From a candidate division WOR-3 bacterium (GTDB lineage Bacteria; Hydrothermota; Tepidihabitantia; Tepidihabitantales; Tepidihabitantaceae): a stretch of 64,000 nucleotides of DNA. The notes under the pieces are model-generated. The model ran no database searches, was not told the origin of the DNA, and saw only the letters and a list, made by a program, of their open reading frames with translations. Both the position numbers and the translations under genes were made by a program. Positions 19,024 to 28,886 of the stretch are shown here, in pieces. Each line of letters starts with the position of its first letter. Within the stretch, counting starts at the first letter, position 1. Where the stretch lies: positions 96,001-160,000 of the forward strand of contig CBFGKH010000005.1 in assembly GCA_965649295.1 (NCBI GenBank), read 5' to 3'.

Positions 19024-19831
19024 GCAGAGGGTTGAAGAAGGTGTAGGCCTCGGTTCCTGACTGACAGTTGTTGAGAATGAAGCTGAAGGCGTATTCTTCG
19101 GCTTTGGTCGAAAGATAGCCGGTGAGCGAGAAGACGCCACGGATGAAGCCGGTCTTGGCAGCGACGCGGTCGCCGACGTCGAGTTGGCGATTGATGAGTG
19201 TGCCCGGACGTTGAGGAACAGCCAATGTGGAACGGAACAGCTCGCCATTGGGCGAATTGTGGAGGCGGCTGAGCAGCATTGCGAACGTCAGTGGCGATAC
19301 TCGGTTGCGGTGGCTTAGGCCGGCAGCGTCCCAGACACGGAGCCCAACGCGGGGGATACCTTTCCGATCGAGGTATTTGGCAATCAGTCGGTGCCCGTCG
19401 CAGCTGCGTTGTCGTGCGAGTAGCTCCAGCATCCACTCGGCGATGCGATTTGCGCTCTCGCGATTAGCCAGTACCAGGTGCTGGTAGCCGGCAAAGTCGG
19501 GCCGACTGTCCAGACCGAGCGAGTCGGCCAGAGGCCGATTGACGCGGTGCAGATGACTCTGCAGCGGGGTCTTACTTAGCCGACGATCAAGCGAGCAGAC
19601 AAGCGCCGGGCTCCAGTTGTCGAGGGCACAGGCGGTGACAAGCAGCTTGATTCCTGATGCTGGAATCAAGGGACGGCTGGCATTGTGAGCAAAAAACAGC
19701 GATTCGTCTGAACAGGAGACGATGGCAATGCCAATCTGCCAGTGGGGATTGGCTGAGTCAATTACTGGCGTAAATGCGGTGGACAGGTCAGTAGCGGTAG
19801 CACACAGAATAGCAATCGCGAGCAGACTCAC
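18986..19831 (-). CDS. dacB: D-Ala-D-Ala carboxypeptidase/endopeptidase, peptidase S13 (compact DacB/PBP4-like)
   Basis: PASGIK (SxxK), SAN (SxN), DAAGLS..NR and AKTG motifs. Confidence 0.8.
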   Translation of the reverse strand: MSLLAIAILCATATDLSTAFTPVIDSANPHWQIGIAIVSCSDESLFFAHNASRPLIPASGIKLLVTACALDNWSPALVCSLDRRLSKTPLQSHLHRVNRPLADSLGLDSRPDFAGYQHLVLANRESANRIAEWMLELLARQRSCDGHRLIAKYLDRKGIPRVGLRVWDAAGLSHRNRVSPLTFAMLLSRLHNSPNGELFRSTLAVPQRPGTLINRQLDVGDRVAAKTGFIRGVFSLTGYLSTKAEEYAFSFILNNCQSGTEAYTFFNPLLNALDTAAAEQH

Positions 19832-19832
19832 T

Positions 19833-20783
19833 CTAGACGCCAGCGAAACGAGCGGCGAGATACTCGTGAGCCATCATCGCCGCAAGAGCACCATCGCCGA
19901 CCGCGGTAGCAATCTGGCGCAGGCGCGTGGCGCGGACATCGCCAGCAGCGAAAACACCGGGCAGACTGGTCTGGAGACGGTCGTCAGTGACGATTGCGCC
20001 GGTGGCGTCGAGCGTTAGCAGTTCCTGACACCAGGCAGTGTTGGGAAGCCAGCCAACGTAGATGAAAGCGCCGCTGACGGGCAGAGTTTCAGCTTGCCCG
20101 CTCGGAAGATGGCGGAGAATGACAGCCTCGAGCTTATCCGTACCGCTGAATTCCTGAACCACCCGGGACAAGTGGAAGGTCACATTCGGCCGCTGTCGCA
20201 GTCGCTGCACGGCAAAGCTGCTGCCGCGAAATGCCTCACGGCGGTGAACGAGATGGACGTGGCGAACGATATTGCTGAGATAGTAGGCTTCATCTAGCGC
20301 CGAATCGCCACCGCCGATGACCGCCACTTCCTTATCGCGAAAGAAAGGGCCGTCGCAGACAGCACAGTAGGAAACGCCTCGGCCGGTGAGTTCCTTTTCG
20401 CCGGGGACACTCAGGTTGCGAGGACGAGCGCCGGTACAGACAATCACTGCTCGGGCGACAATGTTGCCATCGGTTGTGCTAACCTGAAAGCCCTCGCCGG
20501 CTGGTGTCAGGGCAGTAATCTCGCTCGTGACCAGGCGGCAGCCAAAACGGGTGGCCTGGCTTTCCATCGCCTGAGCCAGTTCCATTCCGCTGACCTCATT
20601 AGCGAAACCTGGGTAGTTCTCGACGTGGGCAGTCATGGCCATCTGACCGCCGACCAGACCCCGTTCGAGGATCAGGGTGTTGTGGCCGGCTCGAGCAGAG
20701 TATATGCCAGCACTCAAGCCGGCTGGCCCAGCTCCGACTATTAGTATCTCGCAGTCAGGTTTGGTTGTCAGCTCAGCCGTCAT
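19833..20783 (-). CDS. trxB: Thioredoxin reductase
   Basis: GAGPAG, ENYPG, GVSYCAVCDG, GGGDSA, GVFAAGD. Confidence 0.95.
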   Translation of the reverse strand: MTAELTTKPDCEILIVGAGPAGLSAGIYSARAGHNTLILERGLVGGQMAMTAHVENYPGFANEVSGMELAQAMESQATRFGCRLVTSEITALTPAGEGFQVSTTDGNIVARAVIVCTGARPRNLSVPGEKELTGRGVSYCAVCDGPFFRDKEVAVIGGGDSALDEAYYLSNIVRHVHLVHRREAFRGSSFAVQRLRQRPNVTFHLSRVVQEFSGTDKLEAVILRHLPSGQAETLPVSGAFIYVGWLPNTAWCQELLTLDATGAIVTDDRLQTSLPGVFAAGDVRATRLRQIATAVGDGALAAMMAHEYLAARFAGV

Positions 20784-20791
20784 AGGTACGA

Positions 20792-21727
20792 CTAGAATTG
20801 ACGGCGGCCAGCCAGAAGACGAGCAAGCAACGCTCGCTGAGCATGGAGCCGATTCTCAGCTTGTTCGAGAACCAATGCCTGCGGCCCGTCCAGGACTTCT
20901 GAGGTAATCTCTTCTCCACGATGGGCCGGCAGGCAGTGCAGGACGCGAGCATCGGGCTTGGCATGGCGCAGGAGTTCACTGTTCAGCTGATAGGGCCGGA
21001 ATATCTGGCGGCGCTGTTCAGCTTCGTTCTCTTGGCCCATTGATGCCCAGACATCGGTGTATAGATAGTCGGCGGCGTCGGCGGCGGCCTTGGGATCGTA
21101 GGTGAGCAGCAGTTGTGAACCGCTGGCCCGAGCCAGTTCAGTTGCCCGGGTGGTGACCGCTACCGGTGGCTCAAACCCACGCGGGGTTGCTACTCGCAGA
21201 TTGACTCCGCAGAGTCCGCAAGCCAGCATCAATGAGTTACAGACGTTGTTGCCGTCACCGGTCCAGCAGATTGTGACACCCTCAAGACGGCCGCTGTGTT
21301 CGTAAACAGTCAGGAGGTCGGCGAGGATTTGACAGGGATGCTCGTGGTCGGACAGGGCGTTGATTACCGGCACAGTGGCGTGCTCGACGAGCTGCACAAT
21401 CTTGGTGTGTTCGAAGACACGAGCAATGATGCAGTCAACCCAGCGCGAGAGGTTGGCAGCAATGTCAGGGACTGATTCCCGTGTTCCCATGCCAACTTCC
21501 TGAGGCCCGAGATAGATGGCCGAGCCACCGAGGTCGCGCATTGCCTTCTCAAAAGTCACGCGGGTACGCAGCGATGGCTTCTCGAACAGCAGCACTGCCA
21601 TCATGCCTTGGGCGATATCGAATCGCGGCCGTGACTTCAGTTCAGCCTTGAGTCGCTGGGCCTGGGTAATGATTTCAAGTATTTCACGACGATCAAGGTC
21701 GGTGATTGTTGCCAAGCTGTTGGTCAT
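20792..21727 (-). CDS. argF: Ornithine carbamoyltransferase
   Basis: KPSLRT, HPCQ, YTDVWASMG, HCLP, QAENR. Confidence 0.95.
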   Translation of the reverse strand: MTNSLATITDLDRREILEIITQAQRLKAELKSRPRFDIAQGMMAVLLFEKPSLRTRVTFEKAMRDLGGSAIYLGPQEVGMGTRESVPDIAANLSRWVDCIIARVFEHTKIVQLVEHATVPVINALSDHEHPCQILADLLTVYEHSGRLEGVTICWTGDGNNVCNSLMLACGLCGVNLRVATPRGFEPPVAVTTRATELARASGSQLLLTYDPKAAADAADYLYTDVWASMGQENEAEQRRQIFRPYQLNSELLRHAKPDARVLHCLPAHRGEEITSEVLDGPQALVLEQAENRLHAQRALLARLLAGRRQF

Positions 21728-21841
21728 GATTTTTGTTCTCCGTTGTTTGCACTGCCGGAATATAGTAGCCGTCGCTCGGAAGTCAAGGTTTGAGCATAGC
21801 CCGGTGCTTGCACTGTTAGCACCAAGCGCTAGAATTGGGCA

Positions 21842-23473
21842 GTGTCCGTTATCCTGTTGATATTGCTGGCCACGCCCGTTCAGCAGCCGGCCGAGTTTCG
21901 CTCGTTACGAATCCTGTTCACAGCGGACATTCATGCGCGGTCGCAGCCGACAGTTGATTTTGAGTCACCGGGCCGGCCACGCAGACGGCTCGGTGGCTGG
22001 GCCGGGCTGCGACGGACAATTGATTCACTCCGCACGCCGACGACCCTGCTGGTTGACTGTGGTGATTTTGCTTTTGGCTCACCTGAATCGGATAGTCTTC
22101 AGGGGCGTCTCGTGGTGCAGTTCATGAATAGGCTCGGCTATGATGCAGCAGCACTGGGTCCCCGTGACTTCAGTGGCGGGCTTGCTAATGTCGAGTTCCT
22201 GGCGACGGCGGCCGGGTTTCCGCTGCTTGCTGACCCGATGCTGAACGTCGCACTCAATCGCCGAGCTCCGCTGTTCAGTCCCTATGTGTTGCGAAAGGTC
22301 GGGGGAATGCGGGTGGCACTGATTGCGGTCACTGGCCCGCTGACAGCAGCATTGGACGGCAGGAGCGGAATCAGGGCCATTGCATCGAGCTCAGTGGTTG
22401 AACAGGTGCGACGCTGCCTGGCGTTTGCTCAGGACGATTCAGCCGACATTGTTGTCGTCTTTGGTCGCATTGCGGTGGAAGCGGGACTAGCGGTGGCCGA
22501 TTCCTGCCCGGGTGTAAGCTTGGTCCTCTGTTCTGGTCCCGCAAGGGCTGATTGGCCGACCGGACAAACAGGGACACCGGTGCTGGCTAGCGGTGAGTAC
22601 GGTCAGCGAGTCGGTGTTGTTGACCTTGTCTATGACCAGACGACGAAAAAGACGCAGTTCTTCTCGTTTACGCTTGCGAATGTCGAGCCGGTCGCGGAGA
22701 GTACAACGAATGAGCCGGTGCTGGCCAGCAGTAGTGATGACTTTCCGTCTGATTCAGTCGGCAGACTGAGGCTTGGTCTGCAGGTTGCCGAGGCACTCCG
22801 AGCCTTCACTCGAACGAGCATCGCCATTGTGCCGCTATCCTCAATTGAATCCGGTATCGCAGCCGGGCCGATTGGCTCATACGATGCATTCGGCGTAGTC
22901 CCTTACCGGGATCGAGTTCGGATTGTTGAGGCTGATGATACGATTCTGGCTGGTTTGCTGGTAACGGCGGGGGATTCGGCACTGCCAGCGCCGGCAGTTG
23001 CTGGTGCTGATTTCTTTGTGACGAGCGATACTTCTTACTGGCCGACAGTGGGCAGTGTCGCACGGCTCCGACCGCGCGAGCGACGCTTGGGCGCTTACCG
23101 GGTCGCGGTAACCGAGCAGTGGCTTGCCCAGCTTCATTCCCCTCCCAGCGGCCGACTACTGGAACAGGACCTAACAACCGTTTGGCTTTCCTGGTTGCGT
23201 GGCGCGGGTGCGTTGCGTTCGCAGCAGTCGGTTCGGCTTTATCCGGCAACGCCCGGTGTCCAGCGGCCGGCTGAGCTAGGGCTTGTCAATATCAACACTG
23301 CCGATGTTGAGCTACTCTGTACGTTGCCCGGTATTGGACCAAAGACTGCAGCTCGAATAGTTGAACACCGGCAGTCAATTGGGCGGTTTCGGGCAGTCGA
23401 GGAGCTAATGAACGTCCGTGGTATCGGGCCAAAACGTTTTGCCCAGATCCGGTCGCTAATCTGCGTACGCTAG
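21842..23473 (+). CDS. Secreted 5'-nucleotidase-like metallophosphoesterase fused to a ComEA-type HhH DNA-binding domain
   Basis: TADIH, DCGD, degenerate GPRDF; C-terminal VNINTA...LPGIGPKTA...GRF...EEL..VRGIGPK. Confidence 0.75.
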   Translation: MSVILLILLATPVQQPAEFRSLRILFTADIHARSQPTVDFESPGRPRRRLGGWAGLRRTIDSLRTPTTLLVDCGDFAFGSPESDSLQGRLVVQFMNRLGYDAAALGPRDFSGGLANVEFLATAAGFPLLADPMLNVALNRRAPLFSPYVLRKVGGMRVALIAVTGPLTAALDGRSGIRAIASSSVVEQVRRCLAFAQDDSADIVVVFGRIAVEAGLAVADSCPGVSLVLCSGPARADWPTGQTGTPVLASGEYGQRVGVVDLVYDQTTKKTQFFSFTLANVEPVAESTTNEPVLASSSDDFPSDSVGRLRLGLQVAEALRAFTRTSIAIVPLSSIESGIAAGPIGSYDAFGVVPYRDRVRIVEADDTILAGLLVTAGDSALPAPAVAGADFFVTSDTSYWPTVGSVARLRPRERRLGAYRVAVTEQWLAQLHSPPSGRLLEQDLTTVWLSWLRGAGALRSQQSVRLYPATPGVQRPAELGLVNINTADVELLCTLPGIGPKTAARIVEHRQSIGRFRAVEELMNVRGIGPKRFAQIRSLICVR

Positions 23474-23482
23474 CAGCCTAGC

Positions 23483-24922
23483 CTAATAGGTCCGAGCGTA
23501 GTAGATTACCCGGGATTGCTCACGGCCACAGATAATGCATTTTCCCCGTTCGTTCTGTTCGTGAAGCGGCAGGTTGCGTGGAGTCGTCCGTGTTTGGTCA
23601 ATGATGGCCCGTTCGCAGTCTGCTGAGCCACACCAGAAGACTTTCACAAAGCCAGGAGCAGCAGTAATCTTCTCCATAAACTCGGCAATCGTGCTTGCCT
23701 GAGAAGTTCGGCTTGCGACAAAACGACGTGCACGGTCGAGCATGCCGCGCTGAATCTGGTCAAGCAACCGGCCCAGCTCAACCGGCAGGTTATCGATCGG
23801 CACCGCAAGTTTGCCTGAGCCGTCACGCGGCACCAGGACGCACTTCCCAGCCTGGACGTCGCGAGGCCCAATTTCGATTCGCACCGGTACGCCGCGCATC
23901 TCATATTCGTTGAACTTCCAGCCGGCGGTCTGATTTGGGCGGTCGTCAAGGTGAACGCGGAAGTTGGCTAGTGAGGCAAGGACCTGGCGACAGGTTGCTA
24001 ACACGGTCTCATCGTTCTTACCGAACAGTATCGGAACGATAACAGCCTGATGGGGAGCAACGCGAGGCGGCAGAAAGAGCCCATTGTCATCGCCGTGCAT
24101 CATCACCAGCGCGCCAACCAGTCGCGTGGTCACGCCCCAGGACGTTCCCCAAGGTCGCTTCTCGGTGTTGTCCTCGTCCAGATAGCGAATGTCGAATGCT
24201 TCAGCAAAGTGCTGGCCGAGGTCATGCGATGTACCGGCTTGCAGTGCTTGGCCATCGGGCATCAGTGCCTCAATCGAGTAGGTGGCACCAGCACCGGGGA
24301 ACTTCTCACTCTCTGGCTTCAGCCCGGCAACCACCGGTACGGCAAGGTCATTCTCGACGAAGTCCACATAGATATCGAGTATCCGAAGCGCCTCGGCGCT
24401 GGCTTCGGCGTGGGTGCGATGGAGCGTATGTCCTTCCTGCCAAAGGAACTCGAGCGTACGCAGAAAGAGCCGAGTTGCCTTTTCCCAACGAAAGATGTTG
24501 CACCACTGGTTGATGAGAACCGGCAGGTCGCGATAGCTCTTCACCCACTTGGCATACATTGTGTTGATAATGGCCTCGCTCGTCGGACGGAGCGCTAGCC
24601 GCTCAGCCAACGGCGAGTCACCGCCCTGAGTTACCCATGCTACCTGCGGTGCGAACCCTTCGACGTGCTCAGCTTCACGAACTAGCAGCCCTTCCGGGAT
24701 GAGGGTGGGGAAGTAGGCGTTGACGTGACCGGTTGCCTTGAGACGCTGGTCGAGAAGTCGCTGCATGTTCTCCCAGAGCGCATAACCATAGGGTCTGATA
24801 ACCATGCAGCCACGCACCGGCGCATAGTCGGCTAGTTCGGCTTTCAATACGACAGCCGTGTACCAGTCTGAGAAAGATGCTGACTTCGCCGGAATCTGAA
24901 TAACTGTGCCGTCTGATTTCAT
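23483..24922 (-). CDS. proS: Prolyl-tRNA synthetase, archaeal/eukaryote type
   Basis: RPTSE, FRWE..TRLFLRT-EFLWQEGHT, QAGTSH-LGQ, C-terminal zinc domain ending ARTY. Confidence 0.95.
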   Translation of the reverse strand: MKSDGTVIQIPAKSASFSDWYTAVVLKAELADYAPVRGCMVIRPYGYALWENMQRLLDQRLKATGHVNAYFPTLIPEGLLVREAEHVEGFAPQVAWVTQGGDSPLAERLALRPTSEAIINTMYAKWVKSYRDLPVLINQWCNIFRWEKATRLFLRTLEFLWQEGHTLHRTHAEASAEALRILDIYVDFVENDLAVPVVAGLKPESEKFPGAGATYSIEALMPDGQALQAGTSHDLGQHFAEAFDIRYLDEDNTEKRPWGTSWGVTTRLVGALVMMHGDDNGLFLPPRVAPHQAVIVPILFGKNDETVLATCRQVLASLANFRVHLDDRPNQTAGWKFNEYEMRGVPVRIEIGPRDVQAGKCVLVPRDGSGKLAVPIDNLPVELGRLLDQIQRGMLDRARRFVASRTSQASTIAEFMEKITAAPGFVKVFWCGSADCERAIIDQTRTTPRNLPLHEQNERGKCIICGREQSRVIYYARTY

Positions 24923-25713
24923 CGTCGCGTATAGTAGCTGGCAGAGTGGGCGAGTCAAGTTGAGGCATCACCCTTGGGTTCGGCCATGGCGTGACTTGCC
25001 GCAGCCGAAGCTGCCTCATCGGTCACAATACAGCTCTATCGTGACGAGTGTCTATTAGTTATATGGAGCCGACACTGGTTTTGTGCGAACAAAACCGAAG
25101 GGCAAGCAATTGAGGAGCGGGGACAGTGACTGCGGACAGTGGTTACGAAAGTGGCTAATAAGCGCTGACAAACAACGGCGATACAAATTGTTAGGATGAG
25201 GTAGCTGGGTTTGGATGGTCCCCCCAGTGGACTGTCCCGGGAGTGGTCTCCTGAGCCTGTTCCTAAGCTGTCACTGGAGCTGATTTCGGCGGAGCTGGCG
25301 TCACCGCTTCCCGAGGAGATTCGCATTATCAGTGGTTCGCTGATCGCCGACAGGATTGCAGCGAAGTCCCTAGGTCTGCTGCTCAGCGTGTCTCATGATA
25401 TGCTTACCAATCGCGTTGCGTTTCTCATTCGTGGGGAGACTTAGGTGCTATCTATCGATTAGCTTGGGATTATGCGTCGGTAGGAGCTAGCGACATTCAC
25501 ATCCAGCATTGCGCTTAGGCCCGAGAAGTGGCTGGAAGAACAGAGCAACGCCACGAATCGGTGCTAGAGCAGCTTGTTCCGTTGACTTGTTGCTTTGGCC
25601 AGCTATAATAGTACACGAAGAGTGGAAACGATGGGTTACGGTTTCTTTAGCTGCAGGCGCGGACAGACGATGGTCCAGTGGCCTGCTTTTCTGTCTTTGG
25701 TGGAGGTAACAGC

Positions 25714-26031
25714 ATGAAAGGTCCCTATCTTTTGCGGCCAATCAATATTGACATGTCGGTGCCGACGCGAGTGGGCGGAGTATATTGCCTTGGCCGTAGT
25801 TCACGCAATGTCGTCTATGTGGGCCGGGCCGAACGAGACCTGCGCGACAAGATAAAGTCCCATTGGCCTGAGTACCAGATGTTCTGGTATGAGCCGGCCT
25901 TGTCACCCCGTGAGTGCTACATCCGCCATTGCCACGCCTATCATCGTCACGAGAACAATGGTCTCGAAGTGAAAGAACATCCAGTGCCGCCGGCTAACGT
26001 CGACGTGAAGTGTCCAGTTTGCGGCGCCTAG
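25714..26031 (+). CDS. Small GIY-YIG-like protein with C-terminal CPVC
   Basis: GGAGG RBS; GVY-x10-YVG-R-A...L..K...H; His/Cys-rich C-terminus. Promoter TTGACT-16-TATAAT at ~25582-25609. Confidence 0.6.
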   Translation: MKGPYLLRPINIDMSVPTRVGGVYCLGRSSRNVVYVGRAERDLRDKIKSHWPEYQMFWYEPALSPRECYIRHCHAYHRHENNGLEVKEHPVPPANVDVKCPVCGA

Positions 26032-26096
26032 CAGGCAACTAGTCACGAGGCCAGAGCTTGGACGATGAGAACGGCCGTTGCGGCCGTTCTGCATTT

Positions 26097-28886
26097 TCAG
26101 GGTAGGTCAGCAGGTGCCGCAGTCTCGGTAAGGTAGCGGAGCGGATTGCGGTTTGGATTCATGCCTACGAAGATGTTGCTGAGTATGTCGCTTTGGATAC
26201 CGCCATAAAGTTTGAACGATTCGGAAGGTAGTAGTTGGCCAGCAATACCCACCGACAGACTGGCTGGGACCAGATGCAGTAGTACAACATCAAGGCGAAG
26301 TTCGCAGCCTACGCTGAGAACGACGTTGGTCAGTTCTGTTCGGGTTGGTAAGCTACCGCCTGCAATCAAGCCAGCATCAGTGAAGACGGCAGCGTTTGGA
26401 TTCTGAAGAAACAGCGGCGCGGTACTGATGCCGCGTTCCAGCCACCATAGCGGCTTGCGTAGTTGCAATCCGGTAGTGACGATGGTGCGACCGTACATTG
26501 GTTGGTTGATGCCGCGTACACCGATGATTGCTCGGTGAGCGAGCTGCCAGGCCCGGTTGACTGCTGAGTCGCCGATTGCTGTTCCCAAAGCAAGATGAGT
26601 GCGCAGACTCCAGTCTTGGGGTGGACGGCCAAAATAGTGGACGTAGGTGCCGAGGACCCGAACCAGATCGTTTGGGCCGAACAAACGTCGCGCAGTCGCA
26701 TCGAGATGAAGTCCGGTGATTCGTCCCTGGACCGGGGCGACGCAGAAGCGATAGCGCAGGGCGTCAGAGAATGTCCACTCGGCATCGAAACGCGCACGAA
26801 GTAAGCGAGTCCGAGTAGCTGAGGCAGCTAGATCAAGCCAGTTCGTATGACTGGTTCCGTACCAGCTGAATCCGATACCGGTACTCGCCTGTTGAGTCTT
26901 GCGGGCCGCATCAACCACCATGCTCAGTGTCGGCCCGAGACCGCTGTAGCTGTACCCAAAGTTGAGATGGGGCGTGCTATCGTGGAAACGCCATCCGCCA
27001 AGAAACGAGTAGTTGTGGAGTCGAAGCGCATCCCAGCCGATGGTGAATAATTCAGCAGTCAAGCCAGTCCCGTCAAACGGCAGCGGTAGCCAGAATTGAG
27101 GCCAGAGTGAGGGAAACGGGCTATAGTAGTATAGAGTTGTAGCAACCGTACTTTCCGGACGAAAAACAGGCGGCAAACTCGGTTCGAGGGCTGTGACTTC
27201 GTGCCAGTTGGCGGTGTTCAGTTCAATTAGTTCGATGTCATCGCCGATTGCTGAACGGCCAATGACAGCAATCCGCTGGTTGTCAGGCGAAATGGCTGGC
27301 TCGAAGTAACCATACAGCGAATTGGTACACTGAAGCAGTCTGCCAGTCGCAAGTTCATAGGCAAACAGGTTATAGACTCCAGTACGGTCAGACGCGAAGA
27401 ACAGGAATCTGCCCGTGCGAGACCAACAGGGAGATAGGTCATTGGCCAAGTCATTGGTTATTGGAATCGTCCAGCCGGAACGATAATCGATGAGTTCGAT
27501 GTCGGCATAGCCGCCGGCCCGTTGGACACCCACTGCCAGCCACTTGCCACTGGGCGAGAACCGCGGGCGGTGATAGACAGCTCCATCAGTACCGTCTGCG
27601 AGCACATGGGTTTCACCGGTACGGTAGTCAAGAAGACGAACTTCGGTTCGCTCGCCGACTGTTGCAACAAGGGCTATTAGAGTCGTGTCAGGAGCAAAGT
27701 CTGGGTCGCGGGCGCGCTGGCCGTGTGTCAGTCGCCGTGTTCTGCCTGTTGCAATATCCAGCCAGAAGAGGTCATCGAACTCGTAATAGTTTTGGAAACG
27801 GTGGCGTTCCGAGAAGACCAGCCAACGTCCATCAGGGGAGAGGCTGAGGCTAGAGTTGAGGAGTCCACGGTGGAGCACTTCAACACTGCCGTCGGCGGTG
27901 TCCACTGCTTTGATTGCCGGGTACTCGCGGCCGTTACGTGATACGTAATAGACCTTGCCGCCGCCACTCGACCAGCAGGGTGCGACTGTGTAAAACCCCT
28001 CGTTAGTCAGGCGACGAGAGGGTGTTGTCGCACCGATGGCTGCGCGGACTGAATCGGAGTAGGCCTTGGCCGCTATCTGCCAGTCGCGCCAGTACCGGCT
28101 GAGCGTCCTACCAATACTGCGTCGGGCATTGTAGTTATCGAGAAAAGGAAATGACCGGGCTCGAGCCAGGTTGAAACGGCGCGCGGCGAGCGAATCGTGT
28201 TCGGAGATGTATTGGAACAGCCTGCTGCCATACAGATATGGTGCGTTTCCGGCTGGGTAGCGCCGGAGTTCGTAGTTGCCGCAACGATCGATTGGTAGCA
28301 ATGTACCATTGTCAGCAGCGGCCCGAATCATCGCATCGTAGTCGGCGCTGCGGAGTCTGCCGAACTCTGAGTAACGGGTCTCGCAGAAGATAGCGTATCC
28401 TTCATTAATCCAGGCAGGGGCGATGGCGTTGGGTAACGCAACTCGGCCGAATACGCGCCGGAGAATGAGCGGAAGGCCACCAGCCATGTCGGTCTGGAGA
28501 ATGTGAGCGTATTCGTGCAGTATCAGGGTGCGAAGCCAGTCGTCGTCATTGGTACGGCTACCTGGTTCGGGGGTTGGGATGATTGTGATTGTGTTGTTCG
28601 GGAATGGCGTTGCCCAACCGTTGAGATAGTCATAGAAGCTGGCTATCACGATGTCAGTGCGGCCGGTGGGATGCCAGCCGGCCACCGGGGCGAGTGTCGT
28701 GTGTATCTCCTCGGCTAGGTTTGCCACACGTTGAGGCAGGACTAGCGATTCTTGGGCGATTGGTCCAGACAGCGGAAAGTGAACCGCAAAGTGCTCACTC
28801 TCGAGAGTGTACCAGCGCAGGCGCGGATCAATGCTGACACTGCCCGGTAGCTGACTGCAAACGAGTATCAGGATGAAGAGGCTCAT
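26097..28886 (-). CDS. Secreted zinc metallopeptidase (HExxH) + PD40/TolB-like propeller + C-terminal outer-membrane barrel-like domain
   Basis: HEYAH...W-NEG-A, repeated P-(F/W)SPDG, beta-rich C-terminus. Confidence 0.7.
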   Translation of the reverse strand: MSLFILILVCSQLPGSVSIDPRLRWYTLESEHFAVHFPLSGPIAQESLVLPQRVANLAEEIHTTLAPVAGWHPTGRTDIVIASFYDYLNGWATPFPNNTITIIPTPEPGSRTNDDDWLRTLILHEYAHILQTDMAGGLPLILRRVFGRVALPNAIAPAWINEGYAIFCETRYSEFGRLRSADYDAMIRAAADNGTLLPIDRCGNYELRRYPAGNAPYLYGSRLFQYISEHDSLAARRFNLARARSFPFLDNYNARRSIGRTLSRYWRDWQIAAKAYSDSVRAAIGATTPSRRLTNEGFYTVAPCWSSGGGKVYYVSRNGREYPAIKAVDTADGSVEVLHRGLLNSSLSLSPDGRWLVFSERHRFQNYYEFDDLFWLDIATGRTRRLTHGQRARDPDFAPDTTLIALVATVGERTEVRLLDYRTGETHVLADGTDGAVYHRPRFSPSGKWLAVGVQRAGGYADIELIDYRSGWTIPITNDLANDLSPCWSRTGRFLFFASDRTGVYNLFAYELATGRLLQCTNSLYGYFEPAISPDNQRIAVIGRSAIGDDIELIELNTANWHEVTALEPSLPPVFRPESTVATTLYYYSPFPSLWPQFWLPLPFDGTGLTAELFTIGWDALRLHNYSFLGGWRFHDSTPHLNFGYSYSGLGPTLSMVVDAARKTQQASTGIGFSWYGTSHTNWLDLAASATRTRLLRARFDAEWTFSDALRYRFCVAPVQGRITGLHLDATARRLFGPNDLVRVLGTYVHYFGRPPQDWSLRTHLALGTAIGDSAVNRAWQLAHRAIIGVRGINQPMYGRTIVTTGLQLRKPLWWLERGISTAPLFLQNPNAAVFTDAGLIAGGSLPTRTELTNVVLSVGCELRLDVVLLHLVPASLSVGIAGQLLPSESFKLYGGIQSDILSNIFVGMNPNRNPLRYLTETAAPADLP

